Shown piece after piece: positions 28,975-43,370 of a stretch of 64,000 bases of DNA (positions within the stretch are counted from its first letter, which is position 1; each line of letters starts with the position of its first letter). The position numbers were made by a program, and so were the translations under genes. The stretch comes from Eledone cirrhosa (taxonomy: Eukaryota): the NCBI GenBank assembly GCA_964016885.1, contig OZ024743.1, forward strand, positions 40,734,001 to 40,798,000, in the 5' to 3' direction. The notes under the pieces were generated by a model. That model had not been told where the DNA came from and made no database searches. It saw only the letters and a list, made by a program, of their open reading frames with translations.

Positions 28975-30542
28975 TATACAATACATACCTAATGAATGTA
29001 TGTACGTAGGTGTGAATATCTCTATATATATTGACTTGTTTGTATTCCCCCCAAACCCACCATTTCAATCAATATTCATTAAGAGAAGAGTAAAGATAAC
29101 ATTTTCACATTTGAAAGCTTGGAATTTCTTGCCATTTACAGTTTGCAAGATCTGACGGAAGATCAGACAGAGACAACAAGCAACTCTTCAACATGGAAAT
29201 ATCACCAAGATATCAAGTAACACGCACAAAAGATGCATTAGTCATACAATAATCACACATTCCGAGGTATCAGTGAAGTCCCCATGAAAAAAAAAATATT
29301 GAAAAATAATAAATTAAACGCAACATCTTATAAATACCATTCTACAAGTAAAGATAATAATTAAGTTCTCTGTCATAATTATTACAACTTTGTGGAAAAA
29401 AAAATTAATATTCCTGATAAATTACAGTGATTTGGTTTGACGTTGGTGTTAACTTAGAAGCGTCTGAAAGAGTTCTTTTTCTTCTGGGGGAAGGAATATA
29501 CAATATATATATGAATATATAATACCAGTGGGACCCCAGGAAATTCCACGGTCGAGAAAATTAAGAGGAGCTATTTCAGAGACGTTCGTTTCTTTGTATA
29601 TTATCTCTTCTCTCCTGTTGTCTTTATCTACCTTGATCTAAAACGATATACTTATGTTCCTCATTTTCTCGCGTCTCTTTACACACATACACACATAATT
29701 CATTAAATGTGTGTATGTGCATAAGCATATATGTATATATACATTTATATGTATGTGTATATATATATGAACGTACAAAGACACATACAGTCACACATCA
29801 CACACACATACACTCACACAAGTGTAGCTAATTTTGGAAAGCTCATCGCTATAGCGTTTCATCAGTCCCTCCTTCCTCATAGATGTGTGTGTGTAATAAT
29901 TATGTTGTAAAATGTGTCTATCAAAGAATATGTATCCTTAGATGTGTGTGTGTGTGTGAATGTGTGTGTATGTGTACGTGCGTGCGCGTGTGTGTGTATG
30001 TGTGTGTGTGTGTGTGTGTGTGAGTATTTGCACTTCTGTTTTCTGTGTATCAGTATATGTATGTAGATGTGTGTGTATGCATACTTTACGAATGGACGCC
30101 ACACAAGTACGATTATAATAAGATATATAATCATGCTGGGTACCACTTTGAAGGAAATTTAGTTAATTATATAGACGTCCAAGTACTTATATTTCTCATG
30201 TCTGTTTCATTCACTGATTTAAAAAAATTAAATTAACGTTTTTAAAACAAACAATAACATATTGTACTCAATCTAATGTCACACAGGATTGTAGGAAGAC
30301 TTATTGAAAAGTAAATAATTTAACTAAAACAAAACATAACAAGAAGCATCCAGCTCATCAAGATGTTCTCGTTGCTTTTTATAGTAGATATATAAGCTTG
30401 TAGAACATGTTTAGGCTTTGAACTCCTAGAACTGTGGATCATCGTCAGGGTAGATAGGTATATCTTAGGGATTTTATTCCTGTCAGAACACATTCCTTTT
30501 TAAATCGGAGTACCGCCAACTCCTTCCATTGAAGAAAGATAT

Positions 30543-30643
<101 letters not shown>

Positions 30644-31248
30644 CAGCCCCGGTACCGGACAGGTACTTTATTTATCGATCTCGTAAAGATGAAAAGTGCA
30701 AGTTTGATTTGAGGCAAACAAGCCGGAACCAAAACCAAGGTGCTTATAATCCGACGCCCTTACAATTTGCCCGCGTAGATTAAGCCTACCAAGTAAACAT
30801 AAGTAGAATAAAATAATATGCGACACACTAACACAGATTTATATTAGTGTTGTTGATATTTAAATAAAAAAAGGAAAATCATTTTTCTGAGCCTTATTTG
30901 ACTAGAGCCAGTTTAAAACTCAGTTGAATTTATTTTTGCGTTGCTGCATTCCGTTAGTGATTCAGTCAATTATATATAGTGTTTCTTTATGAAGGCAAAG
31001 TCAAAATGTCTCCCACGATAACCTCCATTGACGTCACAAACAACGAACGTTGTCAGCCCAGCTACTTCTGTCATAGTTCACTTGCAGTAGAAAATAGAAT
31101 GTAATAGATAATGGCGGTTATTTATTTATTTATAATTCTATTTTTTTTTGTACGAAATTGCTGAAGCAAAATCTCGGAGATAAAATAAAATTCAGTGAAA
31201 TCAATTTTCATTGGAAATAAATAAATGACTACATATATATATGTGTGC

Positions 31249-31307
<59 letters not shown>

Positions 31308-31432
31308 GTGTGTGTGTGTATGTATGTATATGTATATGTATATATATAAAATAAATATAAAATTAAGAATAAATGCAGATTTCCTGCTGAACACTGAAAT
31401 TGAATTAAATTACACAATAATGGTAGTTGCGT

Positions 31433-31507
<75 letters not shown>

Positions 31508-32079
31508 GTGCAGCTGCTGCTGGTTTTGTCGGTAGGGAACCAAAAGAAATAACTATAGAAGTAATTCGTTTATTTAGTATCAGGTTAAGAAATGTAAGAA
31601 TAATACCCAAGATAACAATAGACATAATGATAATAATGGTATCTAATTAAATTACAAGGTCAACAATTTGAGGGGTGCGGTACGACTTTATTTTGATTTA
31701 TTTTATCGAACCCGGAGGTATGTAATACAAAGTCGAGCTCAGTGGGACTTAAGGCCAGAACGATAAAAACTAGAGCAGATACCGCTCTAACGATTCTACG
31801 AATCCACCACTCAAACATATCTTTATTAATAATAATCCTTTGAATAATCGCAGTCTCAGAAATGAAATGCTTTTGTCAGTCTGGCTGCAAAATATTAAAA
31901 TTGCCACATCACTTTCTCTTTCATCTTCAGATTCAAACGATGGGCAATAAAAAACTGAAACACCATAGTAATTCGAATTGCGGAATTCTTATATAGACTG
32001 TCATATGAACTAATTATTCATTACACCTCGGATTTTACACGCAAATTAACTTATTTTGCTCTCTTCTCCTTTTATTATT

Positions 32080-32262
32080 TATTGGCAGTATCGGCGAAGC
32101 GTCGGACAAAATGCTTTGCGGTATAGAGTAACGCGACTTTATGCCCTGAGTTCAAATCCGGCCGAGATTATTTTTGCCTTTCACCCTTACGGGGAGGATA
32201 AAAAATAAGACACCAGTAATACACTGGAGTCAATTTAATCGACTTTCCCCTCCCCTTCAAAT
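32080..32262 (+). mobile_element. tRNA-derived SINE (most abundant family in the window)
   Basis: tggcagtatcgg box A-like, gagttcaaatcc box B, tttgcctttcacccttacgggg.gataaaa. Confidence 0.75.
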
Positions 32263-33064
32263 TATTTATAAGTTTCGGTTATTGGGGCACCAACATAAGC
32301 GAATTCGGGTACCTTATCTTCCCAGTAACATTACAGAAGTAAGCGTTGGCATATATAATGAAGATAGCATCACAGCGTTAACTAAAACAAAAAGAAGACA
32401 TATTCGTGGCAGAACAAACGATATTTGTCATTGTGTAAGTACAGAAGACACATCTGGACATGTTTCTGAATTATTAGAACTCCTCAGGTGACATGTGATA
32501 GCGTTAAACTGTTAACCGTTTAAGTCTGTTACACAATATTAAGTCTACAATTGAATATTATTGCGTCTACCTTTCTCAATTGCGTGCACTATCCAAGCTC
32601 ATATGATCAAAAGCCTTCTAGCTGAGAATGTTACGTCAGTTGCAGACATAGTTTCGCACTGTGATTTGAAAGTGATATAGATATATCTAACAAGCCGAAG
32701 AAACACAAGCGGTTCCTTTCTCTGCATGTATACATGCGTGCATTAATTGTGTGTATATTATGCGTGTATGTATATGTGTGTGTTTGATTGTGTTTATGTG
32801 TGTGTATGTGCGTCTGTATTGATATATTTACTTTACGTTTTCAAATTGGAAATCAAACCTTTTAATTTAACTTTCTATTCACTTATTCTCCAAATGTTCC
32901 GTCATTAGATTGCAATAATGCTGGTGGACCGCTCGAACGGGATGTAATCCATCATATCGAAACCAGTATTTATTTTGCAAGTATTTATTTCACATATCTC
33001 AATTAATCAATGTTATAAGCTACATGAAAAAGCAAAGAGCAGACTTAAACATACTCACATTCTG

Positions 33065-33177
<113 letters not shown>

Positions 33178-33944
33178 GAGTTTCCGTCCAGCTCACGAAG
33201 TAACTCGCGAAGCGGAAGAACATTTGTATTTATGGTAGAAGTGCACACAAGGTATTAATAAATAACTATATTATTTTTTAATAATAAAACAGAGGAGAAA
33301 TAACAGGTGCTCATAATCTCCATTGGGAATATGAAAACTTCGAAATACAAAATTGTGCAACATTTCACTTCTAGTGGACCCGTTCCGGCAATAATCATGA
33401 CATAAGGATAATCGAATTTAACAATTGGAGTTCGGGACTGTTATGTCATATATACACATATATAAATGTACTATTACAAATATTTGGAAATATGTGTTTT
33501 GATAAGTTAGTGGTTTGTGCAAGAGTAACATTATAGGCTATGTTAATGAAAATGATATTTTAACATATTTTTAAATTAGGATTAATTACACATATGTTTA
33601 GTATGAATGTACACATGGCGGTCATAGAGTGTATGAATAACATTTAAGTAATAACTATTTACAGGGAAAAATGTGATTAGAAAGTGAACTTCGTATTGTG
33701 TGTGTGTGTGTGTTGTGTGTGTGTGTGTGTGTGTCTGTGCGTGTGTGTGTGCGTGTGTGTGTGTGCGTGTGTGTAAGTGGGGGGGGGGTATGCTTGTATG
33801 CGTGATATCATTAAACACACTTATGCAATGCGTCCGTATTGGACCGGCGAAATGTGCATACGTGTGAGAAGTATAATTAAAAATGATAATACTTATACAC
33901 CCACGCACACAAATAAATAAATAAATAAATATATATATATATAT

Positions 33945-34154
33945 AAGTGGTTACACAACAATTAGTTCTCCATACCGAGAACAATTGTTTCACCTTAGCG
34001 GATCCTCGGCTCGTAATTACGAGCTGAGGATCTGCTAAGGTGAAACAATTGTTCTCGGTATAGTGAACTAACTGTTGTGTAACCATTTCTACCTAACTCG
34101 TCCCATGGACTGAGTGCTCTACCACTACGGATGTTATCTTCCAGTGTTCTACCG

Positions 34155-34158
<4 letters not shown>
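33945..34158. mobile_element. Family F fold-back cassette with complete hammerhead at 34020-34057 (+) and mirrored copy (-)
   Basis: cgag-CTGAGGA-tctgctaaggt-GAAA-caattg-TT-ctcg; loopless apex ctcgtaattacgag; stem II weak. Confidence 0.85.
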
Positions 34159-34222
<64 letters not shown>

Positions 34223-34483
34223 ATTTATGTGTGTGTGTGTGTATATATATATATGTATATATTTATGTGTGTGTGTATATATATTTGATTATATATACAC
34301 ATTTTATGTGTATACAGTTTATAAGATGAGAAGAATTGTTTTCCAGATGGAAGCGTAAAAAGACCACAGTTAGATAAGGTAATCAAAGTTCTGCTGTTAT
34401 AGAAGGCATTTCTATATGGAATATATCATTTTTCATATTATATACATAAAGCAGAATTTTGATTATATATATTTTGTGTATAC

Positions 34484-34577
<94 letters not shown>

Positions 34578-34909
34578 TGTGTGTTTGTGTGTGTATGTGT
34601 GTGTGAGTGTGTGCGTGTGTGTGTGTTTGTGCTTGTGTCTATGTATGTGAGTCTGCGTGTACTCTCTGTGTGTGCATAAAATATAATTGTCAGAAGTAGG
34701 AAAACACTGCTCATCACTTACAAAAGTTAAACATTATTCACAACTTGAAACTACTGTTTCCTTTTACAGGAGATGTATTAAGGATATAAATCATTATACG
34801 TATATGTATACACACTCATTCAGAAATACACACACACAAACACATACATACACACACACACACTGACACCCACACACCCACCCACACGCACGCACGTACA
34901 CGTACACAC

Positions 34910-34960
<51 letters not shown>

Positions 34961-34963
<3 letters not shown>

Positions 34964-35540
34964 CAGGAAAGAAGAGTGACACGGTTTGCTATACAAAAAA
35001 GGTTTTTAATCTCATTGCTGACAATTGTTTCTCTGAACTGGTAGGTCTAGAGATCGCTATCTGCTTATTTTAGCGTTACTCGATCGCCAATACAAAATTA
35101 TAACCAGTCAGTTCATCGGAACTTGCGAGAATGAAGAGAATATTCTCTTCATTCCCGCAAGTTCCGATGAACTGACTGGTTATAATTTTGTATCTCTTCA
35201 TTCTCGCAAGTTCCGATGAACTGACTGGTTATAATTTTGTATTGGCGATCGAGTAACGATAAAATAAGCGGATAGCGATCTCTAGACCTACCAGTTCAGA
35301 GAAACAATTGTCAGCAATGAGATTAAAAACCTTTTTTGTATAGCAAACCGTGTCACTCTTCTTTCCTGATTTATTATTACTCCAAGTGTTTACAACATAA
35401 GAATTACAGCGTACTCGCAGTATCACTATGGAAACGCCTTGTTGAGTCAAACTTAGCCAAGTGTTGATATCATCCACTACCCGGAGTACCATAACAGGAC
35501 TACACCTAAGTGGACTGTATATAACTATTATTTGTTACCC
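34961..35540. mobile_element. Fold-back cassette (arms 34961-35140 / 35193-35370, with a 50-bp tandem duplication at the apex) and a long-stem-II hammerhead variant
   Basis: CCGATGA (35213)-actgactgg...ccagttcaga-GAAA-caattg-TC-agc (to 35315); TA tracts on both sides. Confidence 0.8.
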
Positions 35541-35541
35541 C

Positions 35542-35582
<41 letters not shown>

Positions 35583-36768
35583 GGTTGAATTATGTAGATT
35601 TGGGAAACTTTGTTAAACGTAGTTGTCCCAACGCAAATGACAATAATAATGAAACTGCGATCGACTAATAATATGATATTTATTTGCATTGAGACGACTA
35701 CATAAATTTTTTCATGCTTGTATATGTATATGTTAAGTTGGCCTGCTCATAGTATACGGTATTTGGCTCTCGAGCCTGATTCTCGTTTTTTTATGATATT
35801 TATTTCACTTTGCTCCAAACCAAACAGCTCGTTCAAATATGTGGCATCTGTATTTCAAAAATAAATTTATGTCACAGACTGTGTCAATTTGAATCTATCT
35901 AAAACATATGATATGGGCGCACGTGTTACTGTAATTCCTAGCCATTTGCATGCTATTTTCACGGGCAAGTCGGTGCATTGATCTAACAAATGTAACTCTA
36001 TTCGTCGAAAATGACAGATCTAACACTCTCACACACCTCTATATATACTCCAACCTATTTCTATACGATATCAATTCTCGCGTAAATTCTCTTTCTCCTC
36101 TGTTCAGAATATATTTTCCATCTAATTCAATCTGCTATTCACTTATAATGTTTCAAATATTTTTCCAATGCATTTAGGCTTCACATATAAGAGCGCATAT
36201 ATATATATATATATTTACATGCATACATACATATATATATTTATATATAAAATATTAACTTATATTATATTATGTACATATATACATTCACTTGCAAAAA
36301 GAAAATAAGGGATGACATCTAAATTTAGAGGAAAATAATATATTAGATTATTTTCTCATTGTTTGATGTGTTTGCGTTAGTGTTTCATTATGAATATAAA
36401 TGCATACGTTACTAAATCAAATTTAACAGCAATCTAAGAACCAAACGTACAGTAGTGTTAAGAAAAGTATGGAAAGTCAACCATTTTGTATCGGTATGTT
36501 TAAAAATATAAGAATAGATAAATTGAAGAATAAAATAATTCAGAAAGGGAGAAATAATTACTACGGTAGAATTCTACGCTAAATAATCTCTCCCATATTT
36601 TCCCATATTTTTCTTGATTTTTCACGTGTTCAATATGGCTTCCTGAAAATTTGTTTAGAATCTGATTATGAAATATAATTAGCGGAATATAATAAAATAT
36701 TTGTAAAGAATGCCTATTGCGTATTGAAATATGATACACAAATACACACACATATATGTATGTATGTG

Positions 36769-36803
<35 letters not shown>

Positions 36804-36822
36804 TGACATATATATGTGTGTG

Positions 36823-36862
<40 letters not shown>

Positions 36863-37103
36863 CATATCGAGTAAAGTAGGACAACGCATATCATGTCACT
36901 GTCGGATAGTTGAAACTAAATCGGGTATAGAGTCATTTTAGGTGGAAACACTTGATTATCTATTTTTACAGCTCAAAGTGATATAACGCACGTTTCCTCT
37001 CGACTACTCTATCACAATATTAATGCGTTGAGGTGTTTTGCTGGATACCAAAACATAGTTTGACAATTCAATTTGACTATACGCTTCATCGACTTACCTT
37101 GTT

Positions 37104-37218
<115 letters not shown>

Positions 37219-37224
37219 TGCAGA

Positions 37225-37574
37225 GGTTATATTTAATTTGTTGGGATTCAACAAGCTTAAACATTTTTATAACTAATATAAAGCACTCAACAGAAGAGTG
37301 GAGTACACAATATATTAATAAATGGAAACTATATTTATAAAACCATATTTATTTTATTATATATATTTCAAGAGCGACCAAGGTAAATTATGGTGCGCTT
37401 TCATCAGATGAAATACAGATTTGTTTTATAAATAAATATTGACATACCGGGAAAAAACACAACCTCAACGGTTCAAATTTGAAGCGCACCATAATTTACC
37501 TTGGTCGCCCTTGAAATGTATATAATAAAATAAATATGGTTTTATAAATATAGTTTCCATTTATTAATATATTG

Positions 37575-37577
<3 letters not shown>
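37225..37577. mobile_element. Family A fold-back cassette; complete hammerhead on the minus strand at 37350-37415
   Basis: Minus strand: tatttcat-CTGATGA-aagcgcacca...tggtcgctctt-GAAA-tatata-TA-ataaaata; the plus arm starts inside stem II at about 37481. Confidence 0.85.
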
Positions 37578-37616
<39 letters not shown>

Positions 37617-37619
37617 AAT

Positions 37620-37817
37620 TATTCCGGGTTCAATCGGGGGTAACCTCAGTAAGTAAGGTACTCAATACATAGCAGAGTATAAATGTTTTAATATAGAAAA
37701 GCTTCTACAGGACTAGAACTATTTCATTCATGAGAAATTATCAGGAACCTTCCTAATGATTGCTCACGAATGAAACAGTTCTAGTCCTGTACAAGCTTTT
37801 CTATTTATATTAAAACA
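37620..37817. mobile_element. Family C fold-back cassette with degenerate cores
   Basis: Homologous to 16100-16291; apex ttatcaggaac-cttcctaatga. Confidence 0.8.
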
Positions 37818-37844
37818 GGCACACACACACACACGCACACACAT

Positions 37845-37900
<56 letters not shown>

Positions 37901-38257
37901 ACACACACAAATACACACACACGCACACGCATATATATATATATATGCAAATATAAACGGAAACAACAAGACGAACATCACAGTACAATGAAGAAAATAT
38001 TGGTTTAATGCTTGCTATATAAGGGAAATAACTTTTACGCTTCGGATAGTTGTCCTTCTTCAGAATTTAGAAGGAGAAATAAAACAAGTGATACAATGAT
38101 TTGCATGTTTATTATACACCCTTTACTGAGTTTAAATCCCGTCGAAATAAAATTTACCTTTCGTCCATTCGTGTCCAATCAAATAAGGTGCATGTCACGA
38201 AATGGGATCGATTTAATCGAATTTTCCCTCTACAAAATATTTGGCCTTCTGCATGCA

Positions 38258-38440
38258 TGGTGGTGAATTGGCAGTATCGGTAGAGGGTTGGACGCCATGC
38301 TTTCTAGCATAGTTACGTCCCTTTGCGTTCTGAGCTCAAATCCCGTCGAGGTCAACTTTGCCTTTCATCCTTAAGGCGTCGATAAATTAAAGTACCAGTA
38401 ATGTACAGTGTAATTACTGGCTTTGTGCCAAAAGCAGAAA
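38258..38440 (+). mobile_element. tRNA-derived SINE
   Basis: tggcagtatcggtagag...tgagctcaaatcccgtcgaggtcaactttgcctttcatcc...gtcgataaattaaagtaccag. Confidence 0.8.
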
Positions 38441-38498
38441 CAATTATATATAAACACATACTTCTATACACACACACACAAACATACTCACACACACA

Positions 38499-38556
<58 letters not shown>

Positions 38557-41016
38557 CTGCGTGCGTCTGTGTGTATTTGTATGTTTGTGTATGTGCTTGT
38601 GTCTGTTCACATCGGTTAGACAAAATAAAAATAAAATGGAAACAAGTGTTTTTGTCGATATGATTGTCTACATCTGAGTCGTCCTCCTGTATGATCGGAG
38701 ACGAACGACTAAACCATTAAGAAAGTTAAACAATAAAAAGTGAAATATTATAATCGTAAAATCATAAAAAAATGAGTTGATGGAATGGGGTAAGAAAGAT
38801 ATTGCACAGGGAGTATTTTGGAACGCTATGTTACATGTACCGCTTAACTCCACCCCATGTGAAATTGTGGATTCGTTTTAATTTTCGATTAAGCCAAATG
38901 TTCTAAATTGTTGGTGAAGTGGGAATAGTGTAGTTGTTGTTCTTGTCCAAGGGTATTAGTAGCGTCAGAGAAAGAAATCCGATGGGAATTGTAACCTCAC
39001 TTTGAAAACAGCCTGATCTCAGCTATGACTCCCATATCGGCGCCTAACATTTTCTGGTGCATCAATTATTCATTAGCTTTGTTTAAGCAACCAAAATAAC
39101 TGACGCAATTATGTATCGAACGGCCAGCTGATGGGTTGTAGTTTCCAATAGGATGTCATATTAAAAAATTCATTATGAAGATACATATGCACACATACAA
39201 CATTTTTTAATGTATAATAAACACGTTTAGTCTCGCTGTGAGTATTTTAAGCTGTGATTACTAGCATAAACATATTTTTCTAGTATGCTTTCATAAACCA
39301 TATGTTTCCAATAGAATAAATTCAGCCATATACAATACGTTTACAAATAATAAGATACAATTAGTGCTCGTTGTGTGTTTTGTAAGCTGTGATCATGATA
39401 CAATTTCATCAGTATTCGGTGCTGGCGTACGGCAACCAATCAAAATCACATATCTACCGAACATAACTCCATGGAGAGGTAGCTATAACATGATCACAGC
39501 TTAACGCGTTTTGATATCAAATCATTTGAAACCAATTCTGGTTATAAGATACAAAAGGATTAATTATTATCATGTACATATTGATCTAAAAGCGTCCATC
39601 AAGCTCTTATATAAGAACCTTTATATTTAAAATTAAAGACAATATCTTTCATCAGAAATATAGAAGTAAAGCAGTAAAATCCTCAGAGTAAAACAAAATT
39701 CATGTATATTATACATGAATATGCATATGCGTCTGAATTGATTTCAAATATTTGTGCAGTGCCTTCCAGAAAATATATGATAATGACGAGTATCCGGTCG
39801 TTGAATAATGTCTCGCCCAACCGTGTCGGCATGAAAAAAAAAAACAAGCGATGATGCCGATAATGGGTTAAGCAGCATACACGTTTTTATTCGTATATTA
39901 CTGGTACGTTCTCTATCCATCCACGAAACATGAGATATATAATGATCTAAAGTGACTCAATTATATACGGGAGGGTAATTTTCCAGTTGCTTGCCAATCC
40001 AACTATCTTTCAATTGTGTGTGTGAGTGAGAGAGAGGCAGAGCGAGAGAGAAAGAGAGAGAGAGAGAGAGTGGGAGAGAGAGACAGAGAGAGTGAAGGGG
40101 AGAGCAAGATAGCAAAGATGAAGAGAAAATGAGATTTACTAGGAGGCTTTGTTGATAAAGTGCTTATGACGCTGGTGTTTAGAGTTATAACCTCTCGCAG
40201 TATATTAAAAGAAAACAGTGGCTGCAACAGAACATATGGGATCGAAATCGGAGCTTAGACAACAGCAACAATAATGGCTGTACATTACTTAATCAGTGTC
40301 ACTAATATGACTGTAATTCTAAAAAAGACAGAACACACGGTAGATATGTAGGAAGAAAAGGATGAGGCTGGGGTGGTGGAGGAGAAAAGAGAGAGGAGGA
40401 AGAGAATAATTAAGAGAGAAGAGAAGGGGGAGGAGTTCGAAGGGAAGAAGAGAATGTAAAATGGCTATAAGCACGCTTTTAACACGGCGTGTATTGAACA
40501 AGCGCTTGAAGGCCATTTCCTTTCAATTATACACGATTTAATGCCCATGGGAAAGGCATGAAACTAAAATGATCTCACTGCTTAGTCTTTTAAATAATAC
40601 CCCCGTGACTAGTCTATTGAAACTAATAATACGAGCAACAATATTAGAACCGATCCATTTATTAAAATTCTCTCTAAATCTTGAAATTAACAAACTGAAT
40701 TAGTAGTAACAATAAACAGTAAAAAATAATAATAAATACAGTTGTAATGAAACAACCCCCAGCAGCAAGAAGAGCAACGGCAACAGTAACTACTACCATA
40801 AAATCACAAACATACCATCACTATAATAACAGCAACAAAAACAAGGAAATAACAGCCACCATTATAACTACAACGTCAACCACCTTCACCACTTTCACAA
40901 CAGACACCCCAGCACCACTACCATAGTGATCACAACAACAATCACACAAACGACAATAACAATTACAGACACTAAAAAAAAAGCCTTCATAACAATCACT
41001 ACCAAAAACACAAAAA

Positions 41017-41830
41017 CTGCCACCAGCACCACCAGAAGCACCATCAGCACCAACACAACCACCATCAGCACCACCACAACCGCCATGAGCACCACCCCAA
41101 CCACCATCAGCACCAACACAACCCCCATGAGCACCAACACAACCGCCATCAGCACCACCACAACCACCATCAGCACCAACACAACCGCCATCAGCACCAC
41201 CCCAACCACCATCAGCACCACCACAACCACAATCAGCACCACCACAACCGCCATCAGCACCACCCCAACCACCATCAGCACCAACACAACCACCATCAGC
41301 ACCACCGCAACCACCATCAGCACCAACACAACCACCATCAGTACCACCCCAACCACCCTCAGCACCACCACAACCACCACCAGCACCACCAGAACCACCA
41401 TCAGCACCACCAGAACCACCATCAGCACCACCACAACCACCATCAGCACCACCACAACCACCATCAGCACCACCACAACCACCATCAGCACCACCCCAAC
41501 CACCATCAGCACCACCACAACCACCATCAGCACCACCACAACCACCATCAGAACCACCACAACCACCATCATCACCGTCACAACCACCACAACCACCACC
41601 ACAACCACCATCAGCTCCACCACAACCACCACCACAACCACCATCAGCACCACCACAACCGCCACCAGCACCACCACAACCACCATCAGCACCACCACAA
41701 CCGCCATCAGCACCACCACAACCACCACCACAACCGCTATCAGCACCACCACAACCGCCACCAGCACCACCATAACCACCACCACAACCACCATCAGCAC
41801 CACCACAACCGCTATCAGCACCACCACAAC
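41017..41830. repeat. 21-bp minisatellite (accaccatcagcaccaccaca), roughly 35-40 units
   Basis: Direct reading; gives stop-free TISTTTT / GGADGGC ORFs in several frames. Confidence 0.92.
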
Positions 41831-42399
41831 TAACATGACAACAACAACAGGTACCGTAATGACAACGACTGAAAGAGCAAGAGGAACGACCACAATATAT
41901 CCGACGTAATGAAAACGGCAACAGTTTCAATAGATTTATAAAAAGAAATGAAATAGTTGTTATATTATGTCGTCTGTTGCTTTGCTTGCTGCAGTTTATT
42001 ACTATTATTACTATTATTTACATTATTATTCTTTATTATTTCTACAAACTCTGGCAACACTTCAGTGGTCACCAGTTTCCAAAGATATTTTTATCATAGG
42101 AAAACAAAACAAATAAACAAAAAGACTACGAAGAAGAAAAAGAAGAAAATGTAGTAGAACATGGCTGACCAGTGTTGTCGTCACACATGAGTCAACATCG
42201 AACATTTATTGGCTGATTTCATTGATGACCAACATGAACGCAAATATGCTTCTCAAAGTTCATTTAATTGACACCTTCCGAATGTGATTTGAAGCTTGGA
42301 GAAACCAACAACGAGGGATAGTCTTCTCTAGTAAACTGTTCGCTGCTCTTAAACGTACATGGTTATACGATAGTCTCTGCAAGCTGAATAATTGAATTG

Positions 42400-42883
42400 T
42401 TAACCCTTTTGATACAAACACACCTAGACCCGCCTCTGCTTCTATGATACAATGATGTATATTTTAAAGTATTATGTTTATTTGAAAATATTGCAAGATC
42501 ATTTTACACAAAATCTTTTCTAATCTTACGTTCCAGACACATGATAATAATGATAATAATGATTTTTATTATAGGCACAAGGCCAGTAATTTGGGGGAGG
42601 GGAAAGTCAATTAAATCGACCTCAGTACGTTACTGGAGCTTTATTTTATCGACCCCGTAAGGATGAAAGGCAAAGTTAACCTCGACGGAATTTGAACTCA
42701 GACCGTAAAGGACCATAACTCTATGCTACAATGCATGGTGTCCGACTCTACGATTCTGCCAATCCATTTCCAATCCATACACCAGATAATAATAAAGTTA
42801 TTCCCTCTAAATTCTTACTTTTCAACTTATTTGAAAATTATTGATAGTGTATATCATTAGAAATCTTGTAATGAAAGGGTTAA
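42400..42883. mobile_element. piggyBac-type MITE (TTAA target duplication, CCCTTT/AAAGGG termini) with a nested SINE
   Basis: ttaa-ccctttt at 42400 and gaaaggg-ttaa ending at 42883; related ends at about 39500 (+) and about 1070-1124 (-). Confidence 0.6.
42572..42767 (-). mobile_element. tRNA-derived SINE inserted in the MITE
   Basis: Reverse complement of 43209-43370 (tttatcgaccccgtaaggatgaaaggcaaagttaacctcgacggaatttgaactcag). Confidence 0.85.
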
Positions 42884-43208
42884 TAATTTTGCTTAGCAAC
42901 CATGAGTTTTTGGTGTTTGTGTATGTTATATGACCGAATGTTTAATAATTTTAATTTGCGATCTTAAGGTTCCGGCTTCAGTGCTATGCCTTTGTTGATG
43001 CAGATTTCTAGTAATCTCTTTATTTCCTTACTCCTCATCGAAAGAATATTTTTCAGATTTATAAATGCAGTTATGCCTTTCAACCTTTTTGTCATTTCAT
43101 TTTCTTTCAAACATAAATACTCGTTGCTGAATGTTATGGATGCATCATAGCCGAATTATATGTTTTGGTCCCACTGTATGGTATAGTACGCAATATTATT
43201 TACATAAA

Positions 43209-43370
43209 TGGATTGGCAGTATCGGTAGAGAGTCGGACACCATGCTTTCCAGCATAGTTACGGCCCTTTACGGTCTGAGTTCAAATCCCGCCGAGGTTTA
43301 CTTTACCTTTCATCCTTACGGGGTCGATAAAATAAAGTACCAGTAATGCACTGGATAATTGCTGGCCTAA
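43209..43370 (+). mobile_element. tRNA-derived SINE
   Basis: Box A/B motifs and conserved body; more degenerate copies at about 260-390, 10590-10815, 30650-30770, 31680-31810, 43830-43950, 48330-48430 and 53190-53330. Confidence 0.85.

Noticed and set aside
29838-29872. Minus-strand ctgatgaaacgctatagcg
   Set aside because: CUGAUGA and GAAA overlap, with no stem II and no UH-stem I, so not a hammerhead
40821-41930. GGADGGC Gly/Cys-rich 369-aa ORF resembling a structural protein
   Set aside because: Antisense reading of the 21-bp minisatellite; several frames are open simply because of composition
43209-43300. tRNA gene-like box A and box B
   Set aside because: No cloverleaf; it is the head of a multicopy SINE
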